Assembly (NCBI GenBank): GCA_948471115.1
Contig: CAOKRJ010000004.1
Location: 1 to 58,185 of the forward strand
DNA from: an uncultured Clostridium sp.
Lineage (GTDB): Bacteria; Bacillota; Clostridia; TANB77; CAG-508
Direction of reading: 5' to 3'
Length of the DNA stretch: 58,185 nt
Shown here: piece by piece, positions 1 through 10,962 of the stretch
Position numbering within the stretch: the first letter of the stretch is position 1
Layout: the number at the start of each line of letters is the position of its first letter
Position numbers and translations under genes: made by a program
The notes under the pieces: generated by a model
Told to the model about the DNA's origin: nothing
The model's input: only the letters and a program-made list of their open reading frames with translations
Database searches by the model: none

Positions 1-78
1 TATCCTATACATTTATTTGTTCTATGTTCGATTTATACATTATTACAATTGTAATCTCTATAAATCTACAACTACAAA

Positions 79-1274
79 TCATTTTTTATTTGCATTATAC
101 CAAAAATCTAAAATTATTTTTTCTCTTAATGCAATTGACTTTTTTGTAATTAAGGGTCTATAAAATTCTCCTTTTATTGACTTCGTTTCCAATAGAGATT
201 TATTCATTAATTTAAGTACTTCATTTGGTAAATAAAAATCTAACTTAAATCCCTCTATTTCATCTTTATTATCAGGCAGAGGTTCTCCTACTTCTATTGC
301 TTTTGATATATAATATATTTGTGTACATACTATTTCTGCAACTGGATCACTAGGTCTAATTTCTAGAGTTTCTCCAATATTATAAAAGTCAGAAATGTCC
401 CCAAGATAACCTGTCATTTGTAATAAGATTTCTCTTACTTGATTTAATATATTTTTATTAGGTTCTATTGTTCTCGCTGGTAACTTACATTCTTTTGTGT
501 TGTTATATGTTTCAATTGCAATATTGCCATCTTCTCTTGCAAATATAATGCATGCTCTATATCGGATTTTAGGAAATTTGGATATATTATTAACATCAAT
601 TAAATCTTCTATTTTTAAATTTGGGAACATTAATGATATTTTGTTAGGAGTTAATATTTTAAAAAGTTGTTGCCTATCGTTTTCTGTAATATTATTACTT
701 TCATTAACATTAAAAACAAAGTCATTTTCATTTATATTTCGATAAGTAATTATCTCGCTATTATTTGGTAAATATTTTGCTAATTCATCTGGGCATAATG
801 AATTTTTACTTAAAATCATTTCAAATATTTTAGAGACACCACCATGTGAAACAATTAGAACTGTTTTATTCTTGTATGCTCTTAATAATTTTCCAAAAAT
901 AAAGTGTATAATAGGCCATGCAAATCCAAAGAAACTCTCTATGTTTAATGGATTACTGTAATCCCACATAATATCATAATTAAATGCCATTTTATTACGC
1001 CCTTCATATAAACCATAGTTTCTTTCTGTTAATGCTTCATTTACTATAACTGGTATCTTATTATTATCTCTATAATTGTTTATAATTTTCATTGTTTCTA
1101 TTGCTCTGTTTAATGGTGAGCAAAAAGCAACATCTATCTTGTAATTTTTTAGTCTCTCAGCCATTACTTTAGCGTGTTCAGTTCCTTCATTACTAAGTGG
1201 TATATCAACATTTCCCTGCATCTTTTTTTATTGTTCCATTCTGTTCTGCCATGTCTCACAAATAAAATTTCCAT
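79..1274 (-). CDS. Histidine phosphatase (phosphoglycerate mutase-like) fused to a NUDIX-like C-terminal domain; frame broken at an A7 tract near the 5' end
   Basis: RBS GAAGGAGA then ATG at 1274 gives MEILFVRHGRTEWN (RHG motif). It joins the ORF-track frame (MQGNVDIPLS...SPLNRA...LIVSHGG) only if A7 at 1223-1229 were A8. The C-terminal third resembles a degenerate NUDIX fold. Confidence 0.7.
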
Positions 1275-1398
1275 AAAGTATCTCTCCTTCTTTATATTAG
1301 ATAATATTATAATACATTTTTCATCTATTGACTACCACTTTTTACTAATTTTTTATATTTGTCAATGCACATTTAATTACAAAAAATCTAAACTTTAA

Positions 1399-1427
1399 TT
1401 GTGAATTTTATATATTCATGTTATAAT
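1399..1427 (+). promoter_or_regulatory. Putative sigmaA promoter of smpB
   Basis: TTGTGA-17 nt-TATAAT with an extended -10 TG, about 65 nt upstream of the smpB ATG. Confidence 0.5.
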
Positions 1428-1493
1428 CAACTCATAATAAATTTATATTCAATATAGAAACAAATTTGAATATTTTATGAAAGGAATTTTATT

Positions 1494-1959
1494 ATGTCAC
1501 AAATAAAAGTAATTGCAAAAAATCCAACTGCACATCATAACTATTCTATTACAGATACAATAGAAGCAGGAATTGTATTAACACGGAACAGAAATAAAAT
1601 CAATTAGAAATGGAAAAGTCAATTTAAAAGAAAGTTATGCAAATATAAAAAATGGAGAAATATTTATTTATGGTATGCATATTAGCCCTTATGAGAATGG
1701 GAATATTTACAACAAAAATCCCTTATGTGATAGAAAATTATTATTAAAAAAACGTGAAATATATAACTTACTTGGACTAATAAAACAACAAAGTTGTTCT
1801 TTAATACCAATTAGTTTATACTTAAAAAATAATAAAGTTAAAGTTGAATTAGGCATTGGTAAGGGTAAGAAACTTTATGATAAACGTCAGGATATTGCAA
1901 AAAAAGATGCTGAACGTAAAATCAATGTTGCACTTAAAAATTCCATGAAAAATTTGTAA
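1494..1959 (+). CDS. smpB: SsrA-binding protein SmpB; needs a +1 frameshift at CGG 1584-1586 (154 aa when joined)
   Basis: ATG 1494 after AAAGGA gives [30 protein letters not shown]. Skipping one base gives [19 protein letters not shown]...[10 protein letters not shown]...[13 protein letters not shown], which are SmpB motifs. The unshifted frame stops at TAG 1605-1607. Confidence 0.93.
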
Positions 1960-2077
1960 ATCAAATTTTGCTCGGATAATATAAAAGTAAGATTTTACGA
2001 TATACTTTAGAATATCGCAAAGAAAGACTCTGAATGTAAAAAAAAAAGCAATGAAAAATTCTATAAATTATAATATA

Positions 2078-2101
2078 ACGGACGCCCAAAGGGCGCCCCA
2101 T
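2078..2101. repeat. REP-like GC-rich palindrome downstream of fba and smpB
   Basis: Minus strand reads ATGGGGCGCCCTTTGGGCGTCCGT, a hairpin; related to the copy at 3114-3192. Confidence 0.6.
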
Positions 2102-2107
2102 TTTCTT

Positions 2108-3037
2108 TTATGCTTTATTTGCAGAACCAAATACATCATGTATCTTATGTTTAACTGTTTTTTTGATTTCCTCTCTTGCTGGCGTTAAATATTTTCTTGG
2201 GTCAAATGCAGATGGATCTTCAGCAAAAATTTTTCTAATTTGAGCAGTCATTGCAAGTCTTAAATCTGTATCAACATTTATTTTTGAAACACCTCTTAAA
2301 CCTGCTTCATGTAGCATTTCATCTGGAACACCTTTTGCTCCTGGTATATCTGCTCCATATTTATTGCACATTTCAACTAATTCTGGAATTACTGTTGAAG
2401 CACCATGTAGAACTATTGGTGTGTTTGGTAATTTTTCCTTTACTTTTTCAAGTATATCAAATCTTAATTTTGCTTCTCCTTTAAATTTATATGCTCCATG
2501 GCTTGTACCTATGGCTATCGCTAAAGAGTCACAACCTGTTCTTTCTACAAATTCTTTAGCTTGTTCTGGGTCTGTAAACATAGCATCACTTGCTGAAACA
2601 TTAACCTCATCTTCTATTCCTGCTAATTTTCCAAGCTCAGCTTCTACAACAACTCCATGAGCATGTGCATAATCTACTACTTCTTTTGTTAGTCTGATAT
2701 TTTCTTCAAAATCATATTTTGAACCATCAAACATTACAGATGTAAAACCTGCATCTATACATTTTTTACAAGTTTCTAAATCTGGTCCATGGTCTAAATG
2801 AATTGCTATTGGTATATTTGTAGATTCAACAGCAGCCTCTACCATTTTCATTAAATAATTTATTCCTGCATATTTTATTGCACTTGAAGATGCTTGTAAA
2901 ATTACTGGTGAGTTTTCTTCACTTGCTGCTTCTACTATCCCTTGTATTAATTCCATATTGTTTACATTAAAAGCTCCTATTGCAAAATGTTCTTTCATTG
3001 ATTTTTCGAACATTTCTTTTGTCGTAACTAAAGCCAT
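2108..3037 (-). CDS. fba: Class II fructose-1,6-bisphosphate aldolase
   Basis: Motifs HLDHG, GFTSVMFDGS, VEAELG, AIGTSHGAYK, LHGAS, KINVDTD. Confidence 0.96.
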   Translation of the reverse strand: MALVTTKEMFEKSMKEHFAIGAFNVNNMELIQGIVEAASEENSPVILQASSSAIKYAGINYLMKMVEAAVESTNIPIAIHLDHGPDLETCKKCIDAGFTSVMFDGSKYDFEENIRLTKEVVDYAHAHGVVVEAELGKLAGIEDEVNVSASDAMFTDPEQAKEFVERTGCDSLAIAIGTSHGAYKFKGEAKLRFDILEKVKEKLPNTPIVLHGASTVIPELVEMCNKYGADIPGAKGVPDEMLHEAGLRGVSKINVDTDLRLAMTAQIRKIFAEDPSAFDPRKYLTPAREEIKKTVKHKIHDVFGSANKA

Positions 3038-3113
3038 TATTATTACCTCCTAATTTTTTCTTCATTATATCATTCCCATTTTTTTTGTCAATATATTTTA
3101 ATTCATTTCTCTT

Positions 3114-3192
3114 GAACGGACACGTAGTAAAATTTGCTTTACAAATTTTTTTATTTTTATATTTTTTCTCATTGCACCAAAGGCGCCCATAC
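3114..3192. repeat. Composite REP-like intergenic repeat
   Basis: Shares GTAAAATTTGCTT..CAAATTTT and TTATTTTTATA.T.TTTCTCATT with 19941-20065; ends GGCGCCCATAC. Confidence 0.6.
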
Positions 3193-3205
3193 AATTAATA
3201 TATGA

Positions 3206-4327
3206 TTATTGTTTAATGCATTTGTCTAATTCATTTGAAATTGTTTCTTTATCCATATTTTGTCCAATAAATACTAATTTTATCATTCTATCGCCTATTT
3301 TATCATCCCAGTCTCTTTCTAAATCAGTATGTTCTTTTCTTAGCATTTTTATTTCTTCTTCTGGGAATGTTGCAATCCACTCTCCGCCTTCATATATTCC
3401 CTTTTGCTTTCCTGCTTGTTCAAATACATAAGACATTTCATAATCATTGTTAAACCATACTATTCCTTTACATCTTATTATATTTTTTGGAAATTTATTT
3501 ATAAATTCTTCAAATTTTGCTTCATCAAATGGTTTTCTACGATAATATACAAAAGTTCCTATTCCATATTCTTCTGTTTCGCCTTCTTCTTCCTCTTCTT
3601 CTGGCTTGTCTAATTCTTGTGCCCATCCAGCAGACATTGCTGCTTCTTCGAAATCAAAAGAATTTGTATCCATTATTTCTTTTACATCAACTTTTGAGTA
3701 ATTTGTTTCTATTATTTTAGCATTAGGTTGTAATTTCTTTATTACAGCTTTAACTTTTTCTAATTCTTCTTTAGATAATTCATCTACTTTGTTTAAAATT
3801 AATGTATTGCAAAATTCAATCTGTTGTATTAAAAGATTTTCTATGTCCTCATCATCTATTTCTTCTTTTTCTAGTTCTTCTCCACAATTAAATTCATCTC
3901 TTAATCTTAGTGCATCAACAACTGATACAACATTATCAAGTCTACAGATTTTTGGTAATCCATATTGTTCTGTAGAATCTTGTAAAACAGTTATTGTCTG
4001 AGCTATTGGAATAGGCTCACAAATTCCACTTGCTTCTATTAATATATAATCAAAGTTCCTTGATTTTATTAAATCTACTATTTGTTGCATTAAATCTACT
4101 TTTAAAGTACAGCAAATACAACCATTTTGTAGTGGAACTAGACTGTCATTAGTTTCTGTAACAACTCCACCTTTTCCTATTAAAGATGCATCTATGTTGA
4201 CCTCTCCAATATCGTTAACTATTACCGCTACTTTGTATCCTTCTTGATTATTTAAAATATGGTTTATAAGAGTAGTTTTTCCTGCTCCTAAATATCCTGT
4301 TAATAATGTAATTGGTACTACTTTCAT
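3206..4327 (-). CDS. COG0523/CobW-family G3E GTPase (putative zinc metallochaperone)
   Basis: GYLGAGKTT, VNDIGEVNID, GCICC, IEASG, NKVD and a CobW_C-like C-terminus. Confidence 0.92.
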   Translation of the reverse strand: MKVVPITLLTGYLGAGKTTLINHILNNQEGYKVAVIVNDIGEVNIDASLIGKGGVVTETNDSLVPLQNGCICCTLKVDLMQQIVDLIKSRNFDYILIEASGICEPIPIAQTITVLQDSTEQYGLPKICRLDNVVSVVDALRLRDEFNCGEELEKEEIDDEDIENLLIQQIEFCNTLILNKVDELSKEELEKVKAVIKKLQPNAKIIETNYSKVDVKEIMDTNSFDFEEAAMSAGWAQELDKPEEEEEEGETEEYGIGTFVYYRRKPFDEAKFEEFINKFPKNIIRCKGIVWFNNDYEMSYVFEQAGKQKGIYEGGEWIATFPEEEIKMLRKEHTDLERDWDDKIGDRMIKLVFIGQNMDKETISNELDKCIKQ

Positions 4328-4399
4328 TATTTATCATTCCTTTCTTCTCTTAATACAGTTTATTATTATAACATATATGTTTATTTTTTTGAAGATTTT

Positions 4400-4708
4400 T
4401 TAATGTTTTGCACTTAGTTGTATCAATAATTCCATATTATCATCTTCTGCTGATTTATTTTTTCTAATTGCTCCACATTTTCTACATTTGAAAATTATTA
4501 CATATCCCTTTTTGTTGTTCATCTCTAACCCTATTGGTTCTAAAAGTCCATGACATTCTTCTTGCCTATCTCCTGGATTTACATCAACATGTTTTGAATG
4601 TAAACATGTTGGGCAATGATTTCTACATGTATAACCTAACTTTTCTACCTTATTACCACAATTCTCACATATAAATTCTTCATCTATTTTTGTAAATTTA
4701 CTATACAT
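4400..4708 (-). CDS. RNHCP-domain zinc-binding protein
   Basis: FICENCG...CRNHCPTCLHSKHVD..PGDR; ATG at 4708 follows GGAGGA. Confidence 0.88.
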   Translation of the reverse strand: MYSKFTKIDEEFICENCGNKVEKLGYTCRNHCPTCLHSKHVDVNPGDRQEECHGLLEPIGLEMNNKKGYVIIFKCRKCGAIRKNKSAEDDNMELLIQLSAKH

Positions 4709-6347
4709 TAAATGCACTTCCTCCTATAAATTCACGAATTAATGAAGTCTTTGGAATATATTTATCAGGTATTGAATCAAAATATTTTAATAAATTGATT
4801 AATCTAGTTGCCTCTGCACATTCTGGGTTAGAATTATCTATTTCCTTTAATAGTGGTATTGCATAATCCTTTAATACTGATAATTCATATATTAATGATG
4901 AATTAAACATAGTATCTGCTTCTTCTTGATATGGGAATATATATTTTCTTTCACCTCTATTTACTGAATACCAAGTTTTTATTGTTTGTAAAGCAGAATA
5001 TCCTCTAAAATTGTTATCTCTTACAATTCTTCTTATTAATCTAGTATCAGTAGTAGATATATTATTATAATAGTCTAGGTTTAATACTGTTAAATCACTT
5101 ATATATACCTTATATTTTTGTTCTCTTGGAATTGACATTGTTAATTTATCATTTAAACAATGTATACCTTCCATTACTAATATATCATTTGAGTCTAACT
5201 TTATTGTATTTCCATTATATTCTTTATGACCATTTGTGAAATTGAAAGTTGGCATTTCAACTTCTTCTCCAGCTAATAGTCTTTTAATATGATTATTTAA
5301 TAATTCAACATCTAGGGCTTCTAAACATTCAAAATCATAGTTTCCAAATTCATCTCTAGGATTATCTTCTCTTTCTACAAAATAATTATCTACAGATATA
5401 GTTACTGGTCTTTTTCCATTTAACATTAATTGAATTCCTAACCTATTAGCAAATGTGGTTTTTCCTGATGAAGAAGGTCCAGCTATTAATACCATTTTTG
5501 TAGATTTATTATTAACTATTTTGTCTGCTATATCTGAGATTTTCTTTTCATGTAGTGCCTCTGAAAGTATTATAGTTTCTTTTCCTTTATCTTCTTCTAT
5601 TCTTTTATTTAATCTATTAACTGTATCTATTTTTAGGATTTTATAGATTTCATCATATTCATTTAGTGTTGATAATAGCTTTTTCGTTTCTTTAAATTGA
5701 GCTAATTTATTAGGTTCTTCTCTACTTGGATATTTAATTAAAAATCCATCTTTATATTTTACTAAATCAAATATCTTAACTACTCCTGTAGAAACAGGCA
5801 TTACTCCAAAGAAATAGTTATAATAATCTTCACAATAATATAATGATATTTTATCTGTTTCTTCTTTTTTATTTAATTGCAATAATATACCCGTTTTATT
5901 TTTCTCTTTTTCATAAAACTTTCTAGCCTCTTCTTGAGACATAACTACTTTTGTTATTTCTAAATCTTTTTCTATAATTTCCTTCATTTTAGACTTTACT
6001 TTATTTATCATTTCGTCTGTTATTTCCATATTATCTATAACACAGTACATAGAATTTGATAATTGATAATTTACAGTTAATTTAGCTTCTGGATATTCTT
6101 CCTTAAAAGCTTTAGCCATTATATAAAGTGCACCTCTTACATATACCCTTTTTCCTTCTTTATTAGTATAATCTAATAGTTCTATGTTACTATCTTCATG
6201 AACTCTATGATTTAAACTTTTTACCTTATTATTGCAAATACAAGTTATTATTTTATTTTCTGAATTTTCTATTTCATTTTTTAATGCATCTTTTATTCTA
6301 GTATTTAGTTCTACATTAAAAGTTTTATCTTTACATGTTATTTTCAT
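4701..6347 (-). CDS. Nucleoside/uridine kinase-like protein with N-terminal TGS/ThrRS-like domains
   Basis: P-loop IAGPSSSGKTT, ISVDNYF, EGIHCLN, RLIRRIVRD; N-terminus resembles the ThrRS N-terminal region. Confidence 0.85.
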   Translation of the reverse strand: MKITCKDKTFNVELNTRIKDALKNEIENSENKIITCICNNKVKSLNHRVHEDSNIELLDYTNKEGKRVYVRGALYIMAKAFKEEYPEAKLTVNYQLSNSMYCVIDNMEITDEMINKVKSKMKEIIEKDLEITKVVMSQEEARKFYEKEKNKTGILLQLNKKEETDKISLYYCEDYYNYFFGVMPVSTGVVKIFDLVKYKDGFLIKYPSREEPNKLAQFKETKKLLSTLNEYDEIYKILKIDTVNRLNKRIEEDKGKETIILSEALHEKKISDIADKIVNNKSTKMVLIAGPSSSGKTTFANRLGIQLMLNGKRPVTISVDNYFVEREDNPRDEFGNYDFECLEALDVELLNNHIKRLLAGEEVEMPTFNFTNGHKEYNGNTIKLDSNDILVMEGIHCLNDKLTMSIPREQKYKVYISDLTVLNLDYYNNISTTDTRLIRRIVRDNNFRGYSALQTIKTWYSVNRGERKYIFPYQEEADTMFNSSLIYELSVLKDYAIPLLKEIDNSNPECAEATRLINLLKYFDSIPDKYIPKTSLIREFIGGSAFNV

Positions 6348-6483
6348 GTTTACTATCATTCCTTTCCCAAGGCACAAATTGGTTAGAAAAGATTTTCAAC
6401 CTTTCTTTCCTTACACATTTTTATTATTAATATTTATATCATTCCCAATTTTTGAAAAATTTTTCTATTTCATTTTATAATAA

Positions 6484-7131
6484 TTAATACCCTCTAGGTT
6501 CTAACCTTAGATATATTGGTTTTTCCTCTCTTATAATTGTTGATACTCCATGTCCTGGATAAACTAATGTATCATCTGGTAATATTAATAATTTATTTAC
6601 TATTGAATTCATAATTTCTTCTAAGCTTCCTGTTGGTAAATCTGTTCTTCCCCAAGTACCTCTAAATAAAGTATCTCCTGAAAATAACATCTTATCTTCT
6701 TTAAAATATAATGATATTCCTCCACTTGTATGACCTGGAGTATGAATTACTCGCATTTGTATATCTCCTAAATGCAATAAATCTTCATCATCTACTCTTC
6801 TAACATCTGTTAATATTACAGGTTCCATTCCTATATATTCTGTTAGCATTATTTCTTGATTATTTATATTTCTTTCACAAATTCTATGTAATAGAATTGT
6901 TCCTCCTGCTTTTTGCCTTAATTCATTTACTCCACCTACATGGTCTCCATGACAATGAGTTACTACTATATATTTTAATTTAGCTTCTAAAATTTCTAAC
7001 ATTTCTAATATTTTATCTATTTCACCTGCTGGGTCTATTACCATAGTTTCTTTTGTTATCTCATCATGTATTATATAGCAATTTGTTGGATCTGCTAAAA
7101 ATGTTTTAATTTTTAATGTCTTTAGTATCAT
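6484..7131 (-). CDS. MBL-fold metallo-hydrolase (glyoxalase II-like)
   Basis: THCHGDH, HTPGHT, FSGDTLF, PGHG; usual position downstream of rel. Confidence 0.9.
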   Translation of the reverse strand: MILKTLKIKTFLADPTNCYIIHDEITKETMVIDPAGEIDKILEMLEILEAKLKYIVVTHCHGDHVGGVNELRQKAGGTILLHRICERNINNQEIMLTEYIGMEPVILTDVRRVDDEDLLHLGDIQMRVIHTPGHTSGGISLYFKEDKMLFSGDTLFRGTWGRTDLPTGSLEEIMNSIVNKLLILPDDTLVYPGHGVSTIIREEKPIYLRLEPRGY

Positions 7132-7190
7132 TTTTATTATTTTTCCCTTCTATACAATTTTTTATATAATCTATTTGTAAAAGAATTGTA

Positions 7191-9386
7191 TCAGTTTTTA
7201 CGTTTGACCTCGTACACACTATCAATCTTTCTTAAAACTCTAAATAATTTGTTTAATGTTTCTAAATTTTCTATCTCAGTAGTAACCTCTGTGATAACTA
7301 TTTTTTCTTTTGTAACCTTTGAACGAATATCCATAATGCTTACTTTTTCATTTCCAAACTCTCTTACAATATCTGATAATAGACCATCCCTGTCATTTGA
7401 AAATATCTCTATATTTACAGTATAAGACGTTTTTGCCTTTTCATACCATGCAACATCTATTATTCTATCTTCTTGTTCTAATAACTCATATACATTTATA
7501 CAATCACTTCTATGAACAGAAACTCCTCTTCCTTTTGTTATATAACCTATTATCTTATCTCCTGGTACAGGATTACAGCATTTCGCAAATTTAACTAAAC
7601 AATTATCTATTCCTTTTACAATAATACCAGAACTTGTTGGCTTTCCTTGAATTTTTTTACTTGAACTAGAAAGTTCCTCAATTTTCTTTTCTAGTTCTTC
7701 TTCTTTGTGGTCTTTAGAGTATTCGTTTAATAGTTTAGAAACTATTTTTCCTGCAGATATTGCCCCAAATCCTACAGATGATTGCATTTCAGTTACATTT
7801 GGAAATTTATATCTTTCTAACATCGCATTAATATATTCTTGTTTATAAAGTTCTGTTTCTGTTAGCCCTACTCTTTTTATTTCCCTTGCAAGCAATTCTT
7901 TTCCTTTTTCAATGTTTTCTTCTCTGTTTGCCTTTTTAAACCATTGTTGAATTTTACTTTTTGCTCTAGTACTTTGAACAAATTTAAGCCAATCTCTACT
8001 TGGTCCTTTTGCATTGTCTGATGTTATTATGTCTACAATATCTCCATTGTTCAATTTTGTTACTATTGGCATCATTTGTGAGTTTATTTTACACCCAGTC
8101 ATTCTATTTCCAATTTCTGTATGTATGCTATAAGCAAAGTCTATTGGGGTTGCATCTTTTGGCAATACTTTGATTTCACCATTTTTAGTAAATACATATA
8201 CTTCATCTTCAAATAATTCCTTCTTTAATGTGTTTAAAAATTCATTTGGGTCATTCATTTCTTTTTGCCATTCTAAAGATTCTCTTAACCATGATAGTTT
8301 GTCTTCTTCAACTTTTACTGTAGTCTTCTTAAATCTATTTGCTTCTTTATATGCCCAATGTGCTGCTATACCAAATTCTGCTATCCTATGCATGTCCCAA
8401 GTACGTATTTGTACCTCTACTGGTGTTGCATTTGGTCCTATCAAAGTTGTATGTAGTGATTGATACATATTAGCTTTTGGAACAGCTATATAGTCTTTAA
8501 ATCTTCCTGGCATTGGATTATATAAATCATGAACAACGCCTAATGCTGCATAACAATCCTTTACTGAATTAACTATTATTCTTAATGCAAATAAATCATA
8601 TACTTGCTCTAGAGTTATTCCATCCCTTTGCATTTTTCTATAAATACTATAAATGTGTTTTGCTCTTCCCGTAGTATCTGCAACTATTTTTGCCTTTTTT
8701 AGTTCTATTGTAATTTCTTTTTTTATTTTATCTACAAAGTCTAATCTTTCTTCTCTTTTTTCATTTAATCCTTCTAAAATTTCTCTATATTCATCTGGAT
8801 ATAGATATTTGAAGCTTAAATCCTCTAATTCCCATTTTAATGAATACATACCTATTCTATTTGCAAGTGGTGCATATAGATCCATTGTTTCCTTTGAAAT
8901 TGCAAGTTGCCTATCTCTTGTTAAGTATTTTAAAGTTCTCATATTGTGGAGTCTATCTGCTAATTTTATAAGTATTACTCTTATATCTTTTCCCATAGCT
9001 AAAAACATTTTTCTATAATTTTCAACTTGTTGTTCTTCTTTATCTGTGTATTGTAATTTTTGTAATTTCGTTACACCATCTACAATTTCTGTTACTTCTT
9101 TTCCAAATTCTTTTATTAAATCTTGACGTGTTGCTTCTGTATCTTCTATTACATCATGCAATAGAGCAGCACATACTGTGGTAGTATCCATTCCTAATCC
9201 TGCAAGAATATTTGCTACATTTAATGGATGTATAATGTATGGTTCTCCTGATTTTCTTTTTTGTGCTCCATGAAATTGTAAAGCATAATTATATGCCCTT
9301 GTTACTGTTTTTATATCCGCTATTTTATTATTCTTTTTTATTGTAGATATTAGGTCATTTAATGTTATTTGCTGTTCTTCTTGCAT
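7191..9386 (-). CDS. rel: Bifunctional (p)ppGpp synthetase/hydrolase
   Basis: HD hydrolase (LLHDVIED), KLADRLHNMRT, YQSLHT, EVQIRT, TGS, ZFD (AKCCNPVPGD) and ACT domains. Confidence 0.97.
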   Translation of the reverse strand: MQEEQQITLNDLISTIKKNNKIADIKTVTRAYNYALQFHGAQKRKSGEPYIIHPLNVANILAGLGMDTTTVCAALLHDVIEDTEATRQDLIKEFGKEVTEIVDGVTKLQKLQYTDKEEQQVENYRKMFLAMGKDIRVILIKLADRLHNMRTLKYLTRDRQLAISKETMDLYAPLANRIGMYSLKWELEDLSFKYLYPDEYREILEGLNEKREERLDFVDKIKKEITIELKKAKIVADTTGRAKHIYSIYRKMQRDGITLEQVYDLFALRIIVNSVKDCYAALGVVHDLYNPMPGRFKDYIAVPKANMYQSLHTTLIGPNATPVEVQIRTWDMHRIAEFGIAAHWAYKEANRFKKTTVKVEEDKLSWLRESLEWQKEMNDPNEFLNTLKKELFEDEVYVFTKNGEIKVLPKDATPIDFAYSIHTEIGNRMTGCKINSQMMPIVTKLNNGDIVDIITSDNAKGPSRDWLKFVQSTRAKSKIQQWFKKANREENIEKGKELLAREIKRVGLTETELYKQEYINAMLERYKFPNVTEMQSSVGFGAISAGKIVSKLLNEYSKDHKEEELEKKIEELSSSSKKIQGKPTSSGIIVKGIDNCLVKFAKCCNPVPGDKIIGYITKGRGVSVHRSDCINVYELLEQEDRIIDVAWYEKAKTSYTVNIEIFSNDRDGLLSDIVREFGNEKVSIMDIRSKVTKEKIVITEVTTEIENLETLNKLFRVLRKIDSVYEVKRKN

Positions 9387-9436
9387 TTGCTATCATCCCT
9401 TCTTGAGTTACAAATTTCTCCTTATAATATTTAAGT

Positions 9437-10819
9437 TTAAAATTCTATTTTTTCTTCAATCCATTTATTTAGTTCATCTATTGGTAATCGTATTTGTTCC
9501 ATTGTATCTCTATCTCTTATTGTGACTGTATTGTCTTCTAATGTATCAAAGTCTATTGTTACACAATAAGGTGTTCCTATTTCATCTTCTCTTCTATATC
9601 TTTTTCCTATACTTCCTGTTTCATCATAGTCACATATAAATTTTTTAGATAACATATCATATACATCATTTGCTTTGTCTGATAATTTTTTAGATAATGG
9701 TAGTATTGCAACTTTATATGGTGCAAGTGCTGGATGTAAATGTAGTACTATTCTTGTATCTCCTTCTGCGATTTCTTCTTCTTCATATGCATTACATAAA
9801 AATGCTAGTGCTACTCTGTCTGCTCCTAATGATGGTTCTATACAATATGGTACATATTTTTCGTTAGTTTCTGTGTCTAAGTAATTCATGTCTTCTTTAG
9901 AAAATTCCATATGTTTTTTTAAGTCAAAGTCTGTTCTGTCTGCAATTCCCCATAGTTCTCCCCAACCAAATGGAAAAGCAAATTCTATATCTGTTGTTGC
10001 ATTACTATAATGTGATAATTCTTCTTTTTCGTGGTCTCTTAGTCTTATATTTTCTTCTTTCATTCCTAAAGTTAATAACCAGTTTTTACAGTATTCTTTC
10101 CAATAAGAATGCCATTCCAAGTCTGTTCCTGGCTTACAGAAAAACTCTAATTCCATTTGTTCAAATTCTCTTGTTCTAAATGTAAAATTTCCTGGTGTTA
10201 TTTCATTTCTAAAAGCTTTTCCTATTTGAGCAATTCCCATTGGTAGTTTTTTTCTTGTAGTTCTTAAAACATTTTTAAAATTAACAAAAATTCCTTGTGC
10301 AGTTTCTGGTCTTAAATATATCTCAGCTTTTGCATCTTCTGTAACACCTTGAAATGTTTTAAACATTAAATTAAATTTCCTAATTGATGTATAGTTTAAT
10401 TTTCCACATACAGGGCAAACTATTTTGTTATCATTTATGTATGTAACTGTTTGTTCATCAGACCAACCATCTGCTATAACATCTTTTCCATTCTTTGTAG
10501 CCCATTCTTCAATTAGTTTATCTGTTCTATGTCTAGATTTACATTCTTTACAATCTATTAAAGGGTCTGAAAATCCTCCAACATGCCCAGAAGCAACCCA
10601 AGTTTGTGGATTCATAAGTATTGCTGCATCTAATCCTACATTCATTTTATTTTCTTGAATAAATTTTTTTCTCCATGCAGTTTTTACATTATTCTTAAAT
10701 TCTACTCCTAATGGTCCATAGTCCCAAGTATTTGCTAATCCTCCATATATTTCTGAACCTGGATATATATATCCTCTTGCTTTACATAAGTTTACAATTT
10801 TTTCCATTGATTCTACCAT
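9437..10819 (-). CDS. glyQS: Glycine--tRNA ligase, homodimeric type
   Basis: [53 protein letters not shown]. Confidence 0.96.
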   Translation of the reverse strand: MVESMEKIVNLCKARGYIYPGSEIYGGLANTWDYGPLGVEFKNNVKTAWRKKFIQENKMNVGLDAAILMNPQTWVASGHVGGFSDPLIDCKECKSRHRTDKLIEEWATKNGKDVIADGWSDEQTVTYINDNKIVCPVCGKLNYTSIRKFNLMFKTFQGVTEDAKAEIYLRPETAQGIFVNFKNVLRTTRKKLPMGIAQIGKAFRNEITPGNFTFRTREFEQMELEFFCKPGTDLEWHSYWKEYCKNWLLTLGMKEENIRLRDHEKEELSHYSNATTDIEFAFPFGWGELWGIADRTDFDLKKHMEFSKEDMNYLDTETNEKYVPYCIEPSLGADRVALAFLCNAYEEEEIAEGDTRIVLHLHPALAPYKVAILPLSKKLSDKANDVYDMLSKKFICDYDETGSIGKRYRREDEIGTPYCVTIDFDTLEDNTVTIRDRDTMEQIRLPIDELNKWIEEKIEF

Positions 10820-10852
10820 TTTTTATCTTCCTTTCTTACCTTTAATAAGCTT

Positions 10853-10957
10853 GTAGTGGTACAGTGTACCCAGCAATTTTTTCATATGTTGTTCACAAAA
10901 CCATGAGAATAAGAAAACTTTTCTTATCCTCATGGTTTTTATCACTTTAATGTACCT
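10853..10957. repeat. REP-like intergenic repeat with a long hairpin
   Basis: Starts GTAGTGG; contains TTCACAAAA CCATGAGAATAAGAAAA-C-TTTTCTTATCCTCATGG TTTTTATCACT, parallel to 19941-20065. Confidence 0.6.
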
Positions 10958-10962
10958 AGAAA

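Noticed and set aside
4058-4060. AGG as a second recoded or frameshifting codon
   Set aside because: In-frame AGG occurs in intact ORFs without a frame change and at an expected Arg (PGDR of the RNHCP protein)
10820-10960. T-box riboswitch upstream of glyQS
   Set aside because: No GGTGGNACCGCG T-box motif, the space is too short, and the hairpin matches the intergenic repeat family
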